A stretch of 64,000 nucleotides of DNA from Cyanophora paradoxa CCMP329 (GCA_004431415.1 QPMI01000133.1:257848-321847), one strand, 5' to 3'. Numbered from the stretch's first letter, positions 36,401-49,590 are shown. Notes: generated from the letters alone by a model not told the origin. Translations and numbers: made by a program.

Positions 36401-39400
36401 GCCAAAGGTCACCGTCAGGGTCGCGGAGTCGTGGGTGACGCTGCTGGCGGCGACGGTCGGGGCCGCCGGGGCGGTGGATGTGGTCGTAAAGCTTGCGGCG
36501 GCGGAGGAGCCCGAGGTGCCGGCGCTGTTCGTGACGTTCGCGCTGCAGCTGTACTCCGTGCTGGCCGAGAGGCCCGCGAGGTCGAAGGTCGCCGTCGTGG
36601 CGCCCGCCGAGACGGTTGCGGAGCCCGACCACGCCACGGCGCTGCCACTCGTGCAGCTGGCCGCGGCGCCGGAGATCGCAGCGCCCCCGTCCGAGCCGAA
36701 GGTCACCGTCAGGGTCGCGGAGTCGTGGGTGACGCTGCTGGCGGCGACGGTTGGGGCCGCTGGGGCGGTGGCGACGACGGGGGCGGCAGCGGTCGTGAAG
36801 CTTGCGGCGGCGGAGGAGCCCGAGGTGCCGGCGCTGTTCGTGACGTTCGCGCTGCAGCTGTACTCCGTGCTGGCCGAGAGGCCCGCGACGTCGAAGGTCG
36901 CCGTCGTGGCGCCCGCCGAGACGGTTGCGGAGCCCGACCACGCGACAGCGCCGCCGCTCGTGCAGCTGGCCGCGGCGCCGGAGATCGCAGCGCCCCCGTC
37001 CGAGCCGAAGGTCACCGTCAGGGTCGCGGAGTCGTGGGTGACGCTGCTGGCGGCGAAGGTCGGGGCCGCCGGGGCGGTGGCGACGGCGGGGGCGGCGGCG
37101 GTGGTGAAGCTTGCGGCGGCCGAGGAGCTTGAGGTGCCCGCGTTATTATGAACCAGTGCAAAACATGAGATAGAGGTTTCAGCGGGCACGTTCGTGACTT
37201 GGAATGTTGCAGGGCTTGTTACGGCTGTCGGATCGATATCATTACTTCTAAGTTCGTACCAAAGCATTTCTTCAGTTTCGGTTTTTATGCAGTATGCATA
37301 TACCATGTTGATGGCATCTCCACTGCCAGCTAGGGTATCAAATCGGACGGAAAGCGTTGCAGATTGATGTGTGATCGTGGACACGGCGACAGTTGGGGGA
37401 GAAGGGGGTGGCGCCAAAGTCGTGAACACCACTGTTTCGGATTCGAGAGAGGTTCCCACACAGTTGGTCACGGTTGACGTACAGGTATAGGTGGTGTTCG
37501 CGGTTAGCTTGAAGCTGAAGCTGAAGAATGCGTATTCCGAGCCGTAAGCGATGGTTCGTGAATCTGACCAAACAGAATCGCCGCCATCCGTGCAGCGGGC
37601 CAACGCGCTGTTAATAGGCGCGCCACCGTCCGAGGCAAAAGAAAAGGTAAGGCTTGCAGAGTCGTGGGTTACGTCACTGGTGCTGAAACCAATTGGAGGC
37701 GCCGGAACAGTGGCGTCGATGGCCGCTGTGTTGAAGGTTGCATCGGCAGAATCAGGAGAGGTCCCGGCGCTGTTGGACACTCGCGCTCTGCATGTATACA
37801 CTGTGCCCGCAGTGAGTCCCTGAAATCCGAAGGTTTCCGACGGTGCAGAGTCGATTACAGGTTTTGAATCCGACCATACTTCAACGTCACTTCCAGCTGC
37901 AAAGCAGCTGGCCGTGGCGTTGGCAATGGCAGCGCCTTCGTTTGAGCCGATCGCAAAATATACGGTGAGGGTGGCAGAGCTGAACGCGACGTTGTTGATC
38001 TCAAGGGAGGGAGCGGCAATGGCGAACGTTTGCAAGTTTAATACTTCAGATTCGACGGACGTGCCGATTCCATTGGTGACCGTCGCCGTGCACATGTAGG
38101 CCGTGCTTGCCATGAGATCCGTGACGACAAAGGTCGCCGTCGTGGCGCCCGCCGAGACGGTTGCAGAGCCCGACCACGCAACGGCACCGCCGCTCGTGCA
38201 GCTGGCCGCGGCGCCGGAGATCGCAGCGCCCCCGTCCGAGCCGAAGGTCACCGTCAGGGTCGCGGAGTCGTGGGTGACGCTGCTGGCGGCGACGGTCGGG
38301 GCCGCCGGGGCGGTGGCGACGACGGGGGCGGCGGCGGTCGTGAAGCTTGCGGCGGCGGAGGAGCCCGAGGTGCCGGCGCTGTTCGTGACGTTTGCGCTGC
38401 AGCTGTACTCCGTGCTGGCCGAGAGGCCCGTGAGGTTGAAGGTCGCCGTCGTGGCGCCCGCCGAGACGGTTGCGGAGCCCGACCACGCGACGGCGCCGCC
38501 ACTTGTGCAGCTGGCCGCGGCGCCGGAGATCGCAGCGCCCCCGTCCGAGCCGAAGGTCACCGTCAGGGTCGCGGAGTCGTGGGTGACGCTGCTGGCGGCG
38601 ACGGTCGACGTCGGGGCCGCCGGGGCCGTGGCATCATTAGTGGCGAGCGTCGTGAAGCTTGTTGCAGCGGATTCGGGCGAGATGCCAGCGCTGTTTGCAA
38701 CAGTTGCCGTGCAGCTATACTCCGTGCTTGCAGCCAGATCCGTGAGGTCGAAGGTCGCCGTCGTGGCGCCCACCGAGACGGTTGTTGAGCCCGACCACGT
38801 GATGGTGCCGCCACTCGTGCAGCTGGCCGCGGCGCCGGAGATCGCAGCGCCCCCGTTTGAGCCAAATGAAACGACCATGGTTGCAGAATAGATCAAAATA
38901 TCAGTAGCAGTAACCACTGGGGGTGCTGGTACAGAGACAATCTCTGGGAGGACGCATTGTGTCCCAGACACAACGTTCGGGCTGTTGCACGAGCACTGCG
39001 GGATGCCACCGTCGAGGTACGTGTCTCCAGCGGTGCAGTTGGAGTACAAGCAGTATATGCCCATCCCAGCCCTTACAGTGGAGTGGCTCAAGGCAGCAGT
39101 GCAGATGCAGAAGGAAACCAGACCTTTGTCCGCGCATTCAGGTACAGCGGTGCAGGTGTTGCCAGAAATAAAGTTTTTGCCCGCGCACAAACACTGGGGA
39201 ACGCCGTCGACAAGGTACGTAGCTCCAGTGTCGCACATGGAGTAGACGCAGTAATCGCTGCCGCCAGCAATCACAGTGTAATGGCCTGAGGCTGCGCTGC
39301 ACCTGCAATCCGAGACCAGGCTTGTGTTTGCACATTCGACGGAGGCAGCACAGATGACGCCCGAGAAGCCGACGTCGACCACATTTGGGCTGCTGCACGC

Positions 39401-42400
39401 GCACTGGGGGACGCCACCAGCGATGTAGGTGGCACCAGCAGCACATTTGGAGAAGACGCAGTACTCTTTGTCGCTAAACGTTTCGGTAAAGGCGGGGCAT
39501 CGACAGCCCGAGACGAGGCTCTTGTCCATACAGTGAGGAAGGGGGGCGGCGCAGGTGTCGCCTGAAACAATGTTTGGAGTCTCGCACGAGCACTGGGGAA
39601 TGCCGTCAACGAGGTAGGTGGCTCCAGTAGTGCATTCTGAGTAGACACAAAATTGGTCGATGCCAACAGTCACGTTGCTATGGCCAGAGCTGGAAGAGCA
39701 CAGGCAGCTTGAAATTGGGCTCCTATCCCCACACTCAGGGAGGGAGCAGATGGTGCCTGAGACAACGTTGGGGTCATTGCACGAGCACTGCGGGACACCG
39801 TCGACGAGGTAGGTCGCGCCAGCAGTGCATTCGGAGTAGACGCAGTACTGACTGCTGCCAGCGATCACGGATAGATGGCCTGAAGCGGCAGTGCAAGCGC
39901 AGCCCGCAATCTCGCTCTTGTCAGAACACTCGAGGAGACAGCTGGTGCCCGATACTGTGTTGGGGCTGCTGCACGAGCACTGTGGGACACCGTCGACGAG
40001 GTAGGTCGCGCCAGCAGTGCATTCGGAGTAGACGCAGTACTGAGTACCACCGGCCGTCACGGAAAGATGACCGGAAGCGGCAGTGCAAGCACAGCCCGCG
40101 ATCTCGCTCTTGTCAGAACACTCGGGGAGACAGCTGGTGCCCGATACTGTGTTGGGGCTGCTGCACGAGCACTGTGGGACACCGTCGACGAGGTAGGTCG
40201 CGCCAGCAGTGCATTCGGAGTAGACGCAGTATTGACTGCTGCCAGCGATCACAGTGACGTGGCCTGAGGAGGAAGAGCAAAAACAGCTGGAAATCAGGCT
40301 TGCGTCCGCACACTCCGGAGCGCATGTAGTGCCCGAAACGAAGTTGGGGCTGCTGCACAAGCACTGCGGGATGCCTCCCGCAATAAATGTGGCCCCGGCG
40401 GCGCAGCTGGAGTACACGCAGTAATTCTGGCCGTCATCTGTAGTGACAATGGCGTGGCCCGGTGCAGCACAGGTGCAGCTCGAGACCAGGCTCTTGTCCG
40501 AGCACTCGATCGACAGGCTATGGACGGTGACATGATCAGCTAATTAAAGGTGGATCGATATCTGTCTCAAAATAGTGCTCACCTGTGCGCGACGATGACG
40601 CTATGATGCCAGGCGGCATAGAAAGCTGGAGCAGAAGGGAGACTCCCGTCCGCCGAAAGGAAAGCAGTCAGCCCGGCGCCAGGTGTGACATAGGTGAAGC
40701 TCGGGCCCTGATCAGTTACAACAGCGCCAGCTCTGCGCGATATTATCAGAAACCACACTCATGGTAAAAGCTTTCGACCAAATGCAAATGTAGACGTGCG
40801 TACCCGTCCCCAGCAACAACACCGTCGATCCTCTCGTTCGTTTGCTCTGTGCCGGTGGCGTCGAAGAAGCGGATGGCCCCCTTAGTTCCGCTGCTCGCGT
40901 CGTTCACAGCCAGGCGCCAGAGGCCGCCTCTGCGTGAGAAAGTGCGACTTAGCGATCGAATGCTAGAGCTCGCGGTCGTGGCCGCGCGAAGGCCAGCCGG
41001 CAAGCAAACGGTATGCACTTAGTTGACAGGACGGCAATTGCAGGCCCGACTTGATTAGTATTAGAAAGGCTCTCTAGTCCGACGAGTCCGGGGTCAATTA
41101 ATATTGTTGTCCCAGCCGCGCCAAAAGCGGTGGCAGATCCTGTATCCAAGCTGATCTGCGCGGAAGAATCACTGTGCTGGCCAAGCTTAAGGGGCCTCGA
41201 TCGCGAGCCGGAATATGCACACCTTCCACAGCTTGCTGTTCGCGACCATGTAAACAGTTCTGGCACTTGGATCGGCAGCGAGCGAATCCCCTTTTGTATT
41301 GGCGAGAATCGCTGGAAGATCGAAGAGCTTCACGGCGGTTCTGCAGCCGCCGGGAGCCATACCAAAAAGGGTGAGCGTCCCTGCAAGAGGCGGGGTTTCA
41401 GGCATTGAGCACAAAGTTGACAGTTGCAGCGTTTTCATTCTATAGCTATAGCTATCAAATGGAAGTTGCGCGCTGACCGCCGGAGTTGGCAGTCCCCCAG
41501 ACGACCAGGTTCTTGGACTTCGAGTAGGTTATCGCCACTGGCACGTACGGCCCTGCAGGCGGAGCGGGAATCCCGTCAGATCTAGAGCGACGATGTCGAT
41601 GCGGGCCTCGCCGAATCGCTGAAATTAATGTATCATTTCAAACCACGCGCCTCCCGGCTGGGCAAAGCTGTCGGAAGAAGGGTCGTCTCCGCTCCAGCAC
41701 ACAGTGACCTCGCCGACGTGGCCCGCCGCGAGGTTGATCCAGCCCAGATATCCAAGAACGTTGGTGTCGGATAAGTGCACGAAGTACAGATCGTTCGCAG
41801 ATGCGGCGGCGAGCCCGACAAGATACCTGCGAAAGACGTTGACCCGAATCGATATTCCAATTTAACATTATGTGATTGAGATGGAGCTTCAGCGTGTGCG
41901 AAGCTGTTTTTGGACTTACCCAAATCTGGTATCTAACCCTCTTTGCGCAGCCGTCCTGGAGCTTAATCCGTTCGTGCCGGACGTCACTTGGGTTCCTGTT
42001 CGGACACAAAAGGGTAAATAAAATGGGCTGCTTGAGAGATGCGAACACCAAAGGATTCGCGCCTGAGAAGCTTCCAGCAATTATTTTAGCCTCGCGGTTC
42101 CCGTTTACTTGCCAAATCAAAGAACACGGGACAAGCTTGTGGCCAGTAGATATTAGGTTGTAGCCGTTTTCGTCAAATTCGTCTTCATTGATGTATGTGT
42201 AAACTGTGTAGACACCGCCGAGCGATGCTACGTATAGATCGCTGGAAAACAGGTTGTACTCGATTGCTGCGTGAATGCACCCGTGTTACGCGCACAGCCC
42301 GTGCCTCTATAGCTAAATCTGGATATTAGCAGAACGCACTGCTAATTGCTGATTGATTAAAAGGGCTCAATTGGTAGCCGAAGTTCACAGCATTCCCAAC

Positions 42401-45400
42401 ACCTGCACATATGATTAAGTAAGGCTTCAAATTCTGATCATGCAAATGGCTGCAAACCCTGAGAGAAATCCGGAGCATATTTATCTCCTGCAATGAACGA
42501 AAAGCCGCCGCGGGGCAAACCAGATGGATCGCCGGGAGCAGGGGCGGCACAAACGCCCAAGGGGTACAGAACCGTGTTCGGGCTGCTGCAAGAGCACTGT
42601 GGTACGCCGCCGACGAGGTAGGTGGCGCCAGCAGTGCATTCGTAGTAGACGCAGTACTGGCTGCTGCCGGCCGTCACGGTGACGTGGCCGGAGGAGGAAG
42701 AGCAAAAGCAGCTGGAAATCAGGCTTGCGTCCGCACACTCCGGAGCGCATGTAGTGCCCGAAACGAAGTTGGGGCTGCTGCACAAGCACTGCGGGACACC
42801 GTCGACGAGATACGAGGCGCCAGCAGTGCATTCGGAGTAGACGCAGTACTGGCTGCTGCCAGCGATCACGGATAGATGACCGGAAGCGGCAGTGCAAGCA
42901 CAGCCCGCGATCTCGCTCTTGTCGGAACACTCGGAGAGACAGCTGGTGCCCGACACTGTGTTGGGGGTGCTGCACAAGCACTGCGGGACACCGTCGACGA
43001 GGTAGGATCCGGAGGCGCCAGCAGTGCATTCGGAGTAGACGCAGTATTGACTGCTGCCAGCGATCACAGTGACGTGGCCTGAAGCGGCACTGCAGACACA
43101 GCCCGCGATCTCGCTCTTATCGGAACACTCCGGAGCGCATATAGTGCCCAAAATGAAGTTGGGGCTGCTGCACAAACACTGCGGGATGCCTCCCGCAATA
43201 AATGTGGCCCCGGCAGCGCAGCTGGAGTACACACAGTACTTCTGGCCGTCATCAGTCGTGACAATGGCGTGCCCGGGTGCAGCGCAGGTGCAGCCCGAGA
43301 CCAGGCTCTTGTCCGAGCACTCGATCGATAGGCTACGTATACGGTCGATGTCATGATCAGCCAATATTCATAAGATGTGGTTCGGCTTTTAAAATAGTGC
43401 TCACCTGTGCGCGACGATGACGCTATGATGCCAGGCGGCATAGAAAGCTGGAGCAGAAGGGAGACTCCCGTCCGCCGAAAGGAAAGCAGTCAGCCCGGAG
43501 ACAGGAGACATATAGGTGTAGCTCGGGCCCTGATCAGTTACAACAGCGCCAGCTCTGCGCAATCGGTATCATCAGAAACCACACTTTCGGTAAAAGCTTA
43601 CGACCAAATGCAAATGCAGGCGCGCGTACCCGTCTCCGGCAACAACACTGTCGATCCTCTCGTTCGTTTGCTCTGTGCCGGTGGCGTTGAAGAAGCGGAT
43701 GGCCCCCCCAGTTCCGGTGCTCGCGTCGTTCACCGCCAGGCGCCAGAGGCCGTCTCTGCGAGAGAAAGATGATTATAGAGGCTCGAGTCTGTGCAAAGAG
43801 GCCAGCATGCAAGCAAACAATACGCACGCTGTTGACAGGACTGCAAGCCCCCAAAGTGAAATGGAATCTGGAATGTACGCAGAGTCGATATCTCTAATGA
43901 CGGGGTTGATGGTTGCGCCCGCCGCGAAATTGGAGTAACTTCCATCATCCAGGCTGATCTGCGCGGACCGGACGTCTCATCTATTTGAATGCATGCGCAA
44001 CAAGAAGCAAATCACACGACAGTCGCATATACGCACGTACCTTCCACAGTTGGCCTTTCGTCAACAGGTACACCCAACTTGAACTTGGATCGGCAGCAAG
44101 CGAATCCCCCCATGTATCCAAAGCAATCGCCGGAACATCGAAGAGCTCCACGGTGGTTCCGCAGCCGCCGGGAGCCATACCGAAAAGAGTGAGCGTCCCT
44201 GCAAGGCGGCGGTTCAGGCACCGAATCGCGGGCATGTAATCATGACGACGCGCCCGATGCCTGAGAAGAGCCACTGCCTTTAGCAGCTGCCCAGACAACC
44301 AGGTTCTTGGGCATAGAGTAGGTTATTGCCACAGGCGCGTACGGCCCTGCAGGCGTAACGTGAGGATCGGCAGCTGCAGGGCGACGATGCGGGCCACGTG
44401 CGCGAAGTGCTGAAAATGTAACTTCAAACCGCGCACCTAGCGGCTCGGCAAAACTGTCGACAGAAGGATGATCTCCACTCCAGCACACAGTGACCTCGCC
44501 GACGTGGCCCGCCGCGAGGTTGATCCAGCCCACGTACTGGCGCAGACCAGTGCCGGGAAGATGATTGTGAGCGAAGTACAGATCATTCACAGATGCAGCC
44601 GCGAGCCCAACAAGATAGCTAGGACGTTCAAGACTCATGATCAGGAATGACCGTACTTGCGAACAAGCGCAACAAGAATGCACTGCAGAAAGAAACGCTC
44701 ACTCAAACTGTGTGTTGAGCCCTAGTTGTGCAACTGTCCGGGGATTTGGACGCGTGATTCGTTCCCCCCCGGATTGCAAATTTATACCTGATCATGAGAA
44801 TGCCAATCATCAGCGCGCTGCGCATGTCGCCCAGTTGACTGCACGAGGAAACGTACCAGCGGTGCCTCCTATACCAGCGATGATTCTTGCTTCGCGGCTA
44901 CTGTTCACTTGCCAAATAAAGCAGGGGCGAATGCCTTCATAGGTGGCAACCACATATAGATTGCTGTTGAAGGGATTGTACTCCATTGCTGCGCGTGCGC
45001 GTGCGTATATATATGCTGGATGGCACACCATTGCAATGTGAAACGTGCGCAACAGGTTCCGCACTCACTTTTGATGGGTCTTACAATATTATTGTAGCTT
45101 GCAGGATATGGCGCGGTGCGACCGAAGTTTGCGTCCCTTCCGACCCCTGCACCGCTGTTGGATCGATGCACATGCACATGCGGGCATGCTGCAATAATTA
45201 CATACCCTGAGCTGAATACGCCGCGTATTGATTTCCTGCAACGTAAGCGAAGCTCCCGCGCGAGAGGTCTGCGGGGTGTCCTGGCGCAGGAGCCGCGCAG
45301 ACAGTGCCCTGAACCGTGTAAGGATCGCTGCACGCGCACTGGGGCACGCCGCCGACGAGGTAGGTGGCTAAGCCGGTGCAGCTGGAGTACACGCAGTACT

Positions 45401-47654
45401 GGCTGCTGCCGACGGACACAGTGACGTGGCCATGGCCTGAGGCAGTGCAGAAGCAGCCGGAAATCAAGCTCTTATCTGGACACTCTTCGCGCATTCTGCT
45501 GTCGGCATGAGCAAAGAGCAAGCGGAAATGCCAGCGAGCTCTGATTTCACCTTTGTGCGACGATGACGCTGTGATGCCAGGCTGCGTAGAAGGCTGGAAC
45601 GGAAGGAAGACTCTCGTCGGCCGCGGCCAGGAGGAAAGGCGAAATGCCACCGGCAGGAAAAGAATAGGTGAGACTTCGGCCCTTCCACGTTGGAACAGCA
45701 CTAGCTCTGCTTGACTACAATGATCAGACGCCACGCACAGTGAAATCGTGTGACCAAGTTAAGCGTGCGCACCCGTCTCCGGCAACGTTAACAAGATCGT
45801 CGATCCTCTCGTTCGTTTGCTCTGTGCCGGTGGCGTCGAAGAAGCGGATGGCCCCTCCTGTTCCGCTGCTCGCGTCGTTCACCGCCAGGCGCCAGAGGCC
45901 GCCTCTGCGAGAGGAAGTGCGAATCAGATATCTGGAGCTCTATAGAGCCCGCGCACCGAGGCCGTGCAGGCCGTGAGGCTAGCCGGCAAGCTAAAGCAAT
46001 CGGTGCGCACCCAGTTGACAGGACAGCGAGCCCAGGACGGTGTCCCGACATCTGCTGGTCAAGGGTAATGGTCGTGCCCGCCGCGAAATTGGAGTAACTT
46101 CCATCATCCAGGCTGATCTGCTCGGAGGTCTCAACTATTTGATTGCATGCGCAACTAGAGGCCGGTCGTATAAATCTACGTACCCTCCACAATTTGCTAT
46201 TAGTCAACAGGTACACCCAGCTCGAACTTGGATCAGCCGCAAGCGAATCCCCATATAGATTCACAACTATTGCCGGAACATCGAAGAGCTTCACGGCGGT
46301 TCCGCAGCCGCCGGGAGCCATACCAAAAAGGGTGAGCGTCCCTGCAAGCCGGCGGTTCAGGCGCCGAATTCGAGTCGTGAGCGTATCATTGTGGGCGACG
46401 CGCCCAATATCACATCAGTGCTGCTGCCTTTTGCAGTTCCCCAGACGACCAGGTTCTTGGACTTCGAGTAGGTTATCGCCACTGGCACGTACGGCCCTGC
46501 AGGCGGAGCGGGCCGGGAGGCACGCGCACGTGAGATCGATGCAGACCGCGCCAAATTGCTGTTGATATTGTAATTTAAAACCGCGCATGCGCGCCTCCCG
46601 GCTCGGCGAAGCTGTCGGAAGAAGGGTCGTCCCCACTCCAGCACACTGTGACCTCGCCGACGTGGCCCGCCGCGAGGTTGATCCAGCCCAGATATCCAAG
46701 AACGTTGGTGTCAACGTCGGACAATTGCAAGTGCACGAAGTACAGATCGTTCGCAGATGCGGCGGCGAGCCCGAGAAGATTCCTGTGCACGTGATACTAT
46801 GATAAGTGCGGGTCAGAAGGCTAGGGCTAGCTATAGGATTCCCTTGGCAAGCGGAAACGTTTGCACTCGGGATCACCAGAAGTTCGTGTCGAGCCCAGGC
46901 TGTGCGACTGTTCTGGATCCGGAGCTAAATATGCTCGCGCCAGAGCTCAGGGAGCTCCCCCCTCCAGCAATCTTTCTGGCCACGCGGTTGCTGTTCACTT
47001 GCCACACGTAACCGACACGATCCCAATTATTCTCCCCCGACGCAACATAGATGTTGCTGTCGAATGGGTTGTATTCGATTGCTGCGCAACAACCCATTCA
47101 AGTTCGTGATCAAGTTCGGACTCGTGCACGTTGCAAGTGATCGAGCATCGATATTGATATCGTGCAAGATTAGGACGTATACATATGCCATGATGCATAT
47201 ATGAATTACAGCGCGCACTGTGGATTGCAACATAGTTTCCTGTGAAGGGGTTCGCGACGGCGCCGAAGTTGGTTTCGTTCCCAACTCCTGCATGCGGTCA
47301 TGCCGTTGCTGAGGCCGGACCGAAGCGCATATATACGCATATATGCGCGTGCGCATGCCCACGAACCCTCGGAGAAAGGCGCAGCAAACGGATTTCCTGC
47401 TATATAAGTGAAACCTCCAATGGGAAGGCCAGAATCTGGCCCAAAGACATCGAGCTGAGCAAAAGCTGCGCAAGTGTAAATGCTAAGCTTGAGGTACGTA
47501 TACGTAGCAGCGACGGTTCATCGGTTGTATATTTGTCGATCGTCGTTAACTTCAAAAGCTGCCAACTGCAAGACGCACCGACGGCCGCGGAGAGCAGAGC
47601 GTGGACCACTACAGAGAAGCCGAGAAGGCGCGTTGTGCGAGTTCGGCGTTCCAT
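12441..47654 (-). CDS. Giant type-I membrane protein (~10,000 aa estimated): propeller-like/Cys-rich head, FN3-like stalk, filamin/Ig repeats, REJ (PKD1-like), GAIN-like, SEA-like, single TM
   Basis: Signal peptide MERRTRTTRLLGFSVVVHALLSAAV at 47654, followed by a co-oriented exon chain. An ~18.6-kb intron-free repeat exon runs ~21910-40520. Filamin-like NADGTYAVSVTAFRAGYYEISVSIN. REJ motifs VVLDATKSFDPD, LRYLWTV..SLVLKKNVLRPGQSYTFALAVT, YRLSCSDW..PLQYAF. Last exon GLDGGQIAGISVGVVGGVALVIFVMGYV (TM) plus a tail ending ATDVYL* at 12441. Confidence 0.82.
22490..37090 (-). repeat. Coding tandem array of 48 near-identical FN3-like units (309-bp and 294-bp variants)
   Basis: Unit APAAPTVAASSVTHDSATLTVTFGSDGGAAISGAAASC...FDLAGLSASTEYSCSANVTNSAGTSGSS has FN3 hallmarks (P..P, SATLT, DGG..I, GL...TEY, N..G.S). 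Linkers are AAAPVVAT or TST. About 6 further, mostly more diverged units continue to ~38930. Confidence 0.93.
38930..47100 (-). repeat. Three tandem multi-exon modules (propeller-like domain followed by 1, 4 and 8 copies of a ~63-aa 8-Cys repeat)
   Basis: Paralogous exons IEYNPFxSNxYV, GLAAASANDLYF, GWINLAAGHVGEVTVCWSG, GPYVPVAITYS, TLTLFGMAPGGC, DSLAADPS, LWRLAVNDAS recur at ~45200-47100, ~42440-44990 and ~38930-42270. Each is followed by ECxDKSxxxGCxCxxxxGH...YCVYSxCxAGATYLVxGVPQCxC repeats. Confidence 0.88.
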
Positions 47655-48354
47655 GCATGTGCGTCCAAGTGCGTGCGCCATCTCTATCCGCTCACCGTGC
47701 CTGCATGCGCAGCTGCAGCTGCAGCTGGTCGGTCACTCAGAGGGCTCAGTGATTAGGATCTATAGCTAGCTATATGCACTCACGCGTATACGTATACAGC
47801 GATCGACCGCGCACGGCGCGGGCCGAGGCCTAGGCTTGACTCTCAGGCGTGCACGTGACTTCGACGACGACGAGTGCCACTGGGGTGACTGGGCCAACAT
47901 GTACAGCGTACGCGACTAGTACGCGTACGCCGTCGACGTCGGCGCCGCGGCGCGTCGATCGCGTACTACGTATATACGGTACGCGTCGTGGCCGGGGCAT
48001 GCAATTGCAAGTTTGCAACGTGCAACGTTGAACGTCGAACTCGGAACCTGAGTCGACGTCGGAAGCGCAACTTAAAAAGCTTGCTGCCAGGCTGGCAAGC
48101 TTGCAATTGAAGTATACGTATACGGTACACCGTACTACGGACTACTACGTAGTACGTATACGTACTACGGTACTATCATAGTATACCGGTAGTCTATAGC
48201 TACGTACTACGGACCTCTACCGTGGGCTCTACGGTATACTGGTACAGCTCCGAATCCGCGGGGGTACGTATACGTACTACGGACCAGTCTACGCGTACGC
48301 GTACGGTATGTACATGTATGATGTATCATGTACATGGATCCGGAGTCCTAGCTA

Positions 48355-48984
48355 CTGTAGAACGGGTAATATTTAAGACCCCAGAATATTTAGTTATCCC
48401 GAGTTTTGGCCGGTTTAGTAGCCTGAAAATATTTAAGACTTGGCCGCGGAGCGCTTTAGTAGGGAGCTTTAGTAGGCCCTAGGGGGTGGGCGCGGCGCGC
48501 GCGGGGGGGTCTGCTGGTGCGCCCCGGCCCCCCGCACTTCGCACAGCTCGTATGTACTTCAAGAAACAGCTCTAGCACTATAGCTAGCGCTAGCACTAGC
48601 GCTAGCTGCAGCTCAGATCTAGATCTAGATCTCGCACTCCCTTCGGCGGCATGCTTAATTATATTATAAATTCTCCCGCGCTGCATGCAACTACGGCTGC
48701 TCCGACGCGACAGAGCTAGGTACCCCCCCACGCGGTTCAGGTTTAATATACGGTAAATATTTAGTACTCAGCCCTCAAAACTTTGGTACTTTTCGGGTTC
48801 GGTTCCTGCTGTTTCCGCTACGTTGTACTTCGAATCCCTGTGATTCCCGATACCGTGACTTGTATCCTCGTTGTGTACTACGAGTGGGCACGCCCACCGT
48901 AGATCTTTAAAAAAAAAACTTTGGTACTAAAAAGATATCGATCCAGTACTAGTATACTAAATATTTCCCGATCTACATGTACAG
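48355..48984. mobile_element. TA-flanked MITE (Tc1/mariner-pogo-like)
   Basis: Imperfect TIRs CTGTAGA(A/T)CGGG(T/A)AATATTTA (right copy has a 6-bp insertion), with TA on both sides. Confidence 0.6.
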
Positions 48985-49077
48985 TATAGCTGGCCACTGC
49001 TAGGAATTTCCACGGAATTTCCGGATCCGGTCCACCGGTACACGGTAGCGGCGTAGCGCTAGCCTAGTACTCCAGTT

Positions 49078-49590
49078 CAGTGATGGCATTTTTTCTAGAA
49101 ACTTTTCTATAAACAATTTCGAAATCAATTTCGAAATTGTTTCCGAAAAGGTCCCGAGAGACCCCCCTAATTAGGAATTGTTTCTATTTAAGGGGGGTAC
49201 TCTCGTTTTGCCACATTCTGCGCGAAACACGGCGAAACAACGCATTAGAATGATAGGAAACGTGATAGAAAGGTTAAACAACACGATAGGAGTCTATCGT
49301 AAACGTCTAGAACCGGAACTCAGCCGCCAACAAGGCTCAGCGGCTGGCAGGGGGTACGAGGTGTGAATTTCCCTTTCGTACTGTCGCATGTTCTGATGAT
49401 CAGGAAGACACGAAACTGGACAGTTACCAATAAGGAAAGCATAAGAAGGTTAAAGGGAGCGTCAGGCATCAGAAGAAGGGCCCTCGGGAGGGGCCCCTGA
49501 TTTCGGAAATATTTCGGAAATATTTCCGAAATATTTCGGAAACGTTTCCGAAATGGTCCATTTTTGGGTTAATTCGGAATTCCATCACTG
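49078..49590. mobile_element. Non-autonomous hAT element (513 bp)
   Basis: TIR CAGTGATGG(C/A)ATT, a perfect 8-bp TSD CTCCAGTT (49070-49077, 49591-49598), and subterminal TTTCGGAAATA repeats. Confidence 0.9.

Noticed and set aside
22490-37090. CRISPR-like or satellite array
   Set aside because: No unique spacers; unit lengths are multiples of three and the units are protein-coding.
22241-38891. Long plus-strand and alternative-frame ORFs across the FN3 array
   Set aside because: These are shadows of a GC-rich coding repeat that lacks stops in several frames. Only one minus frame gives a sensible FN3 fold.
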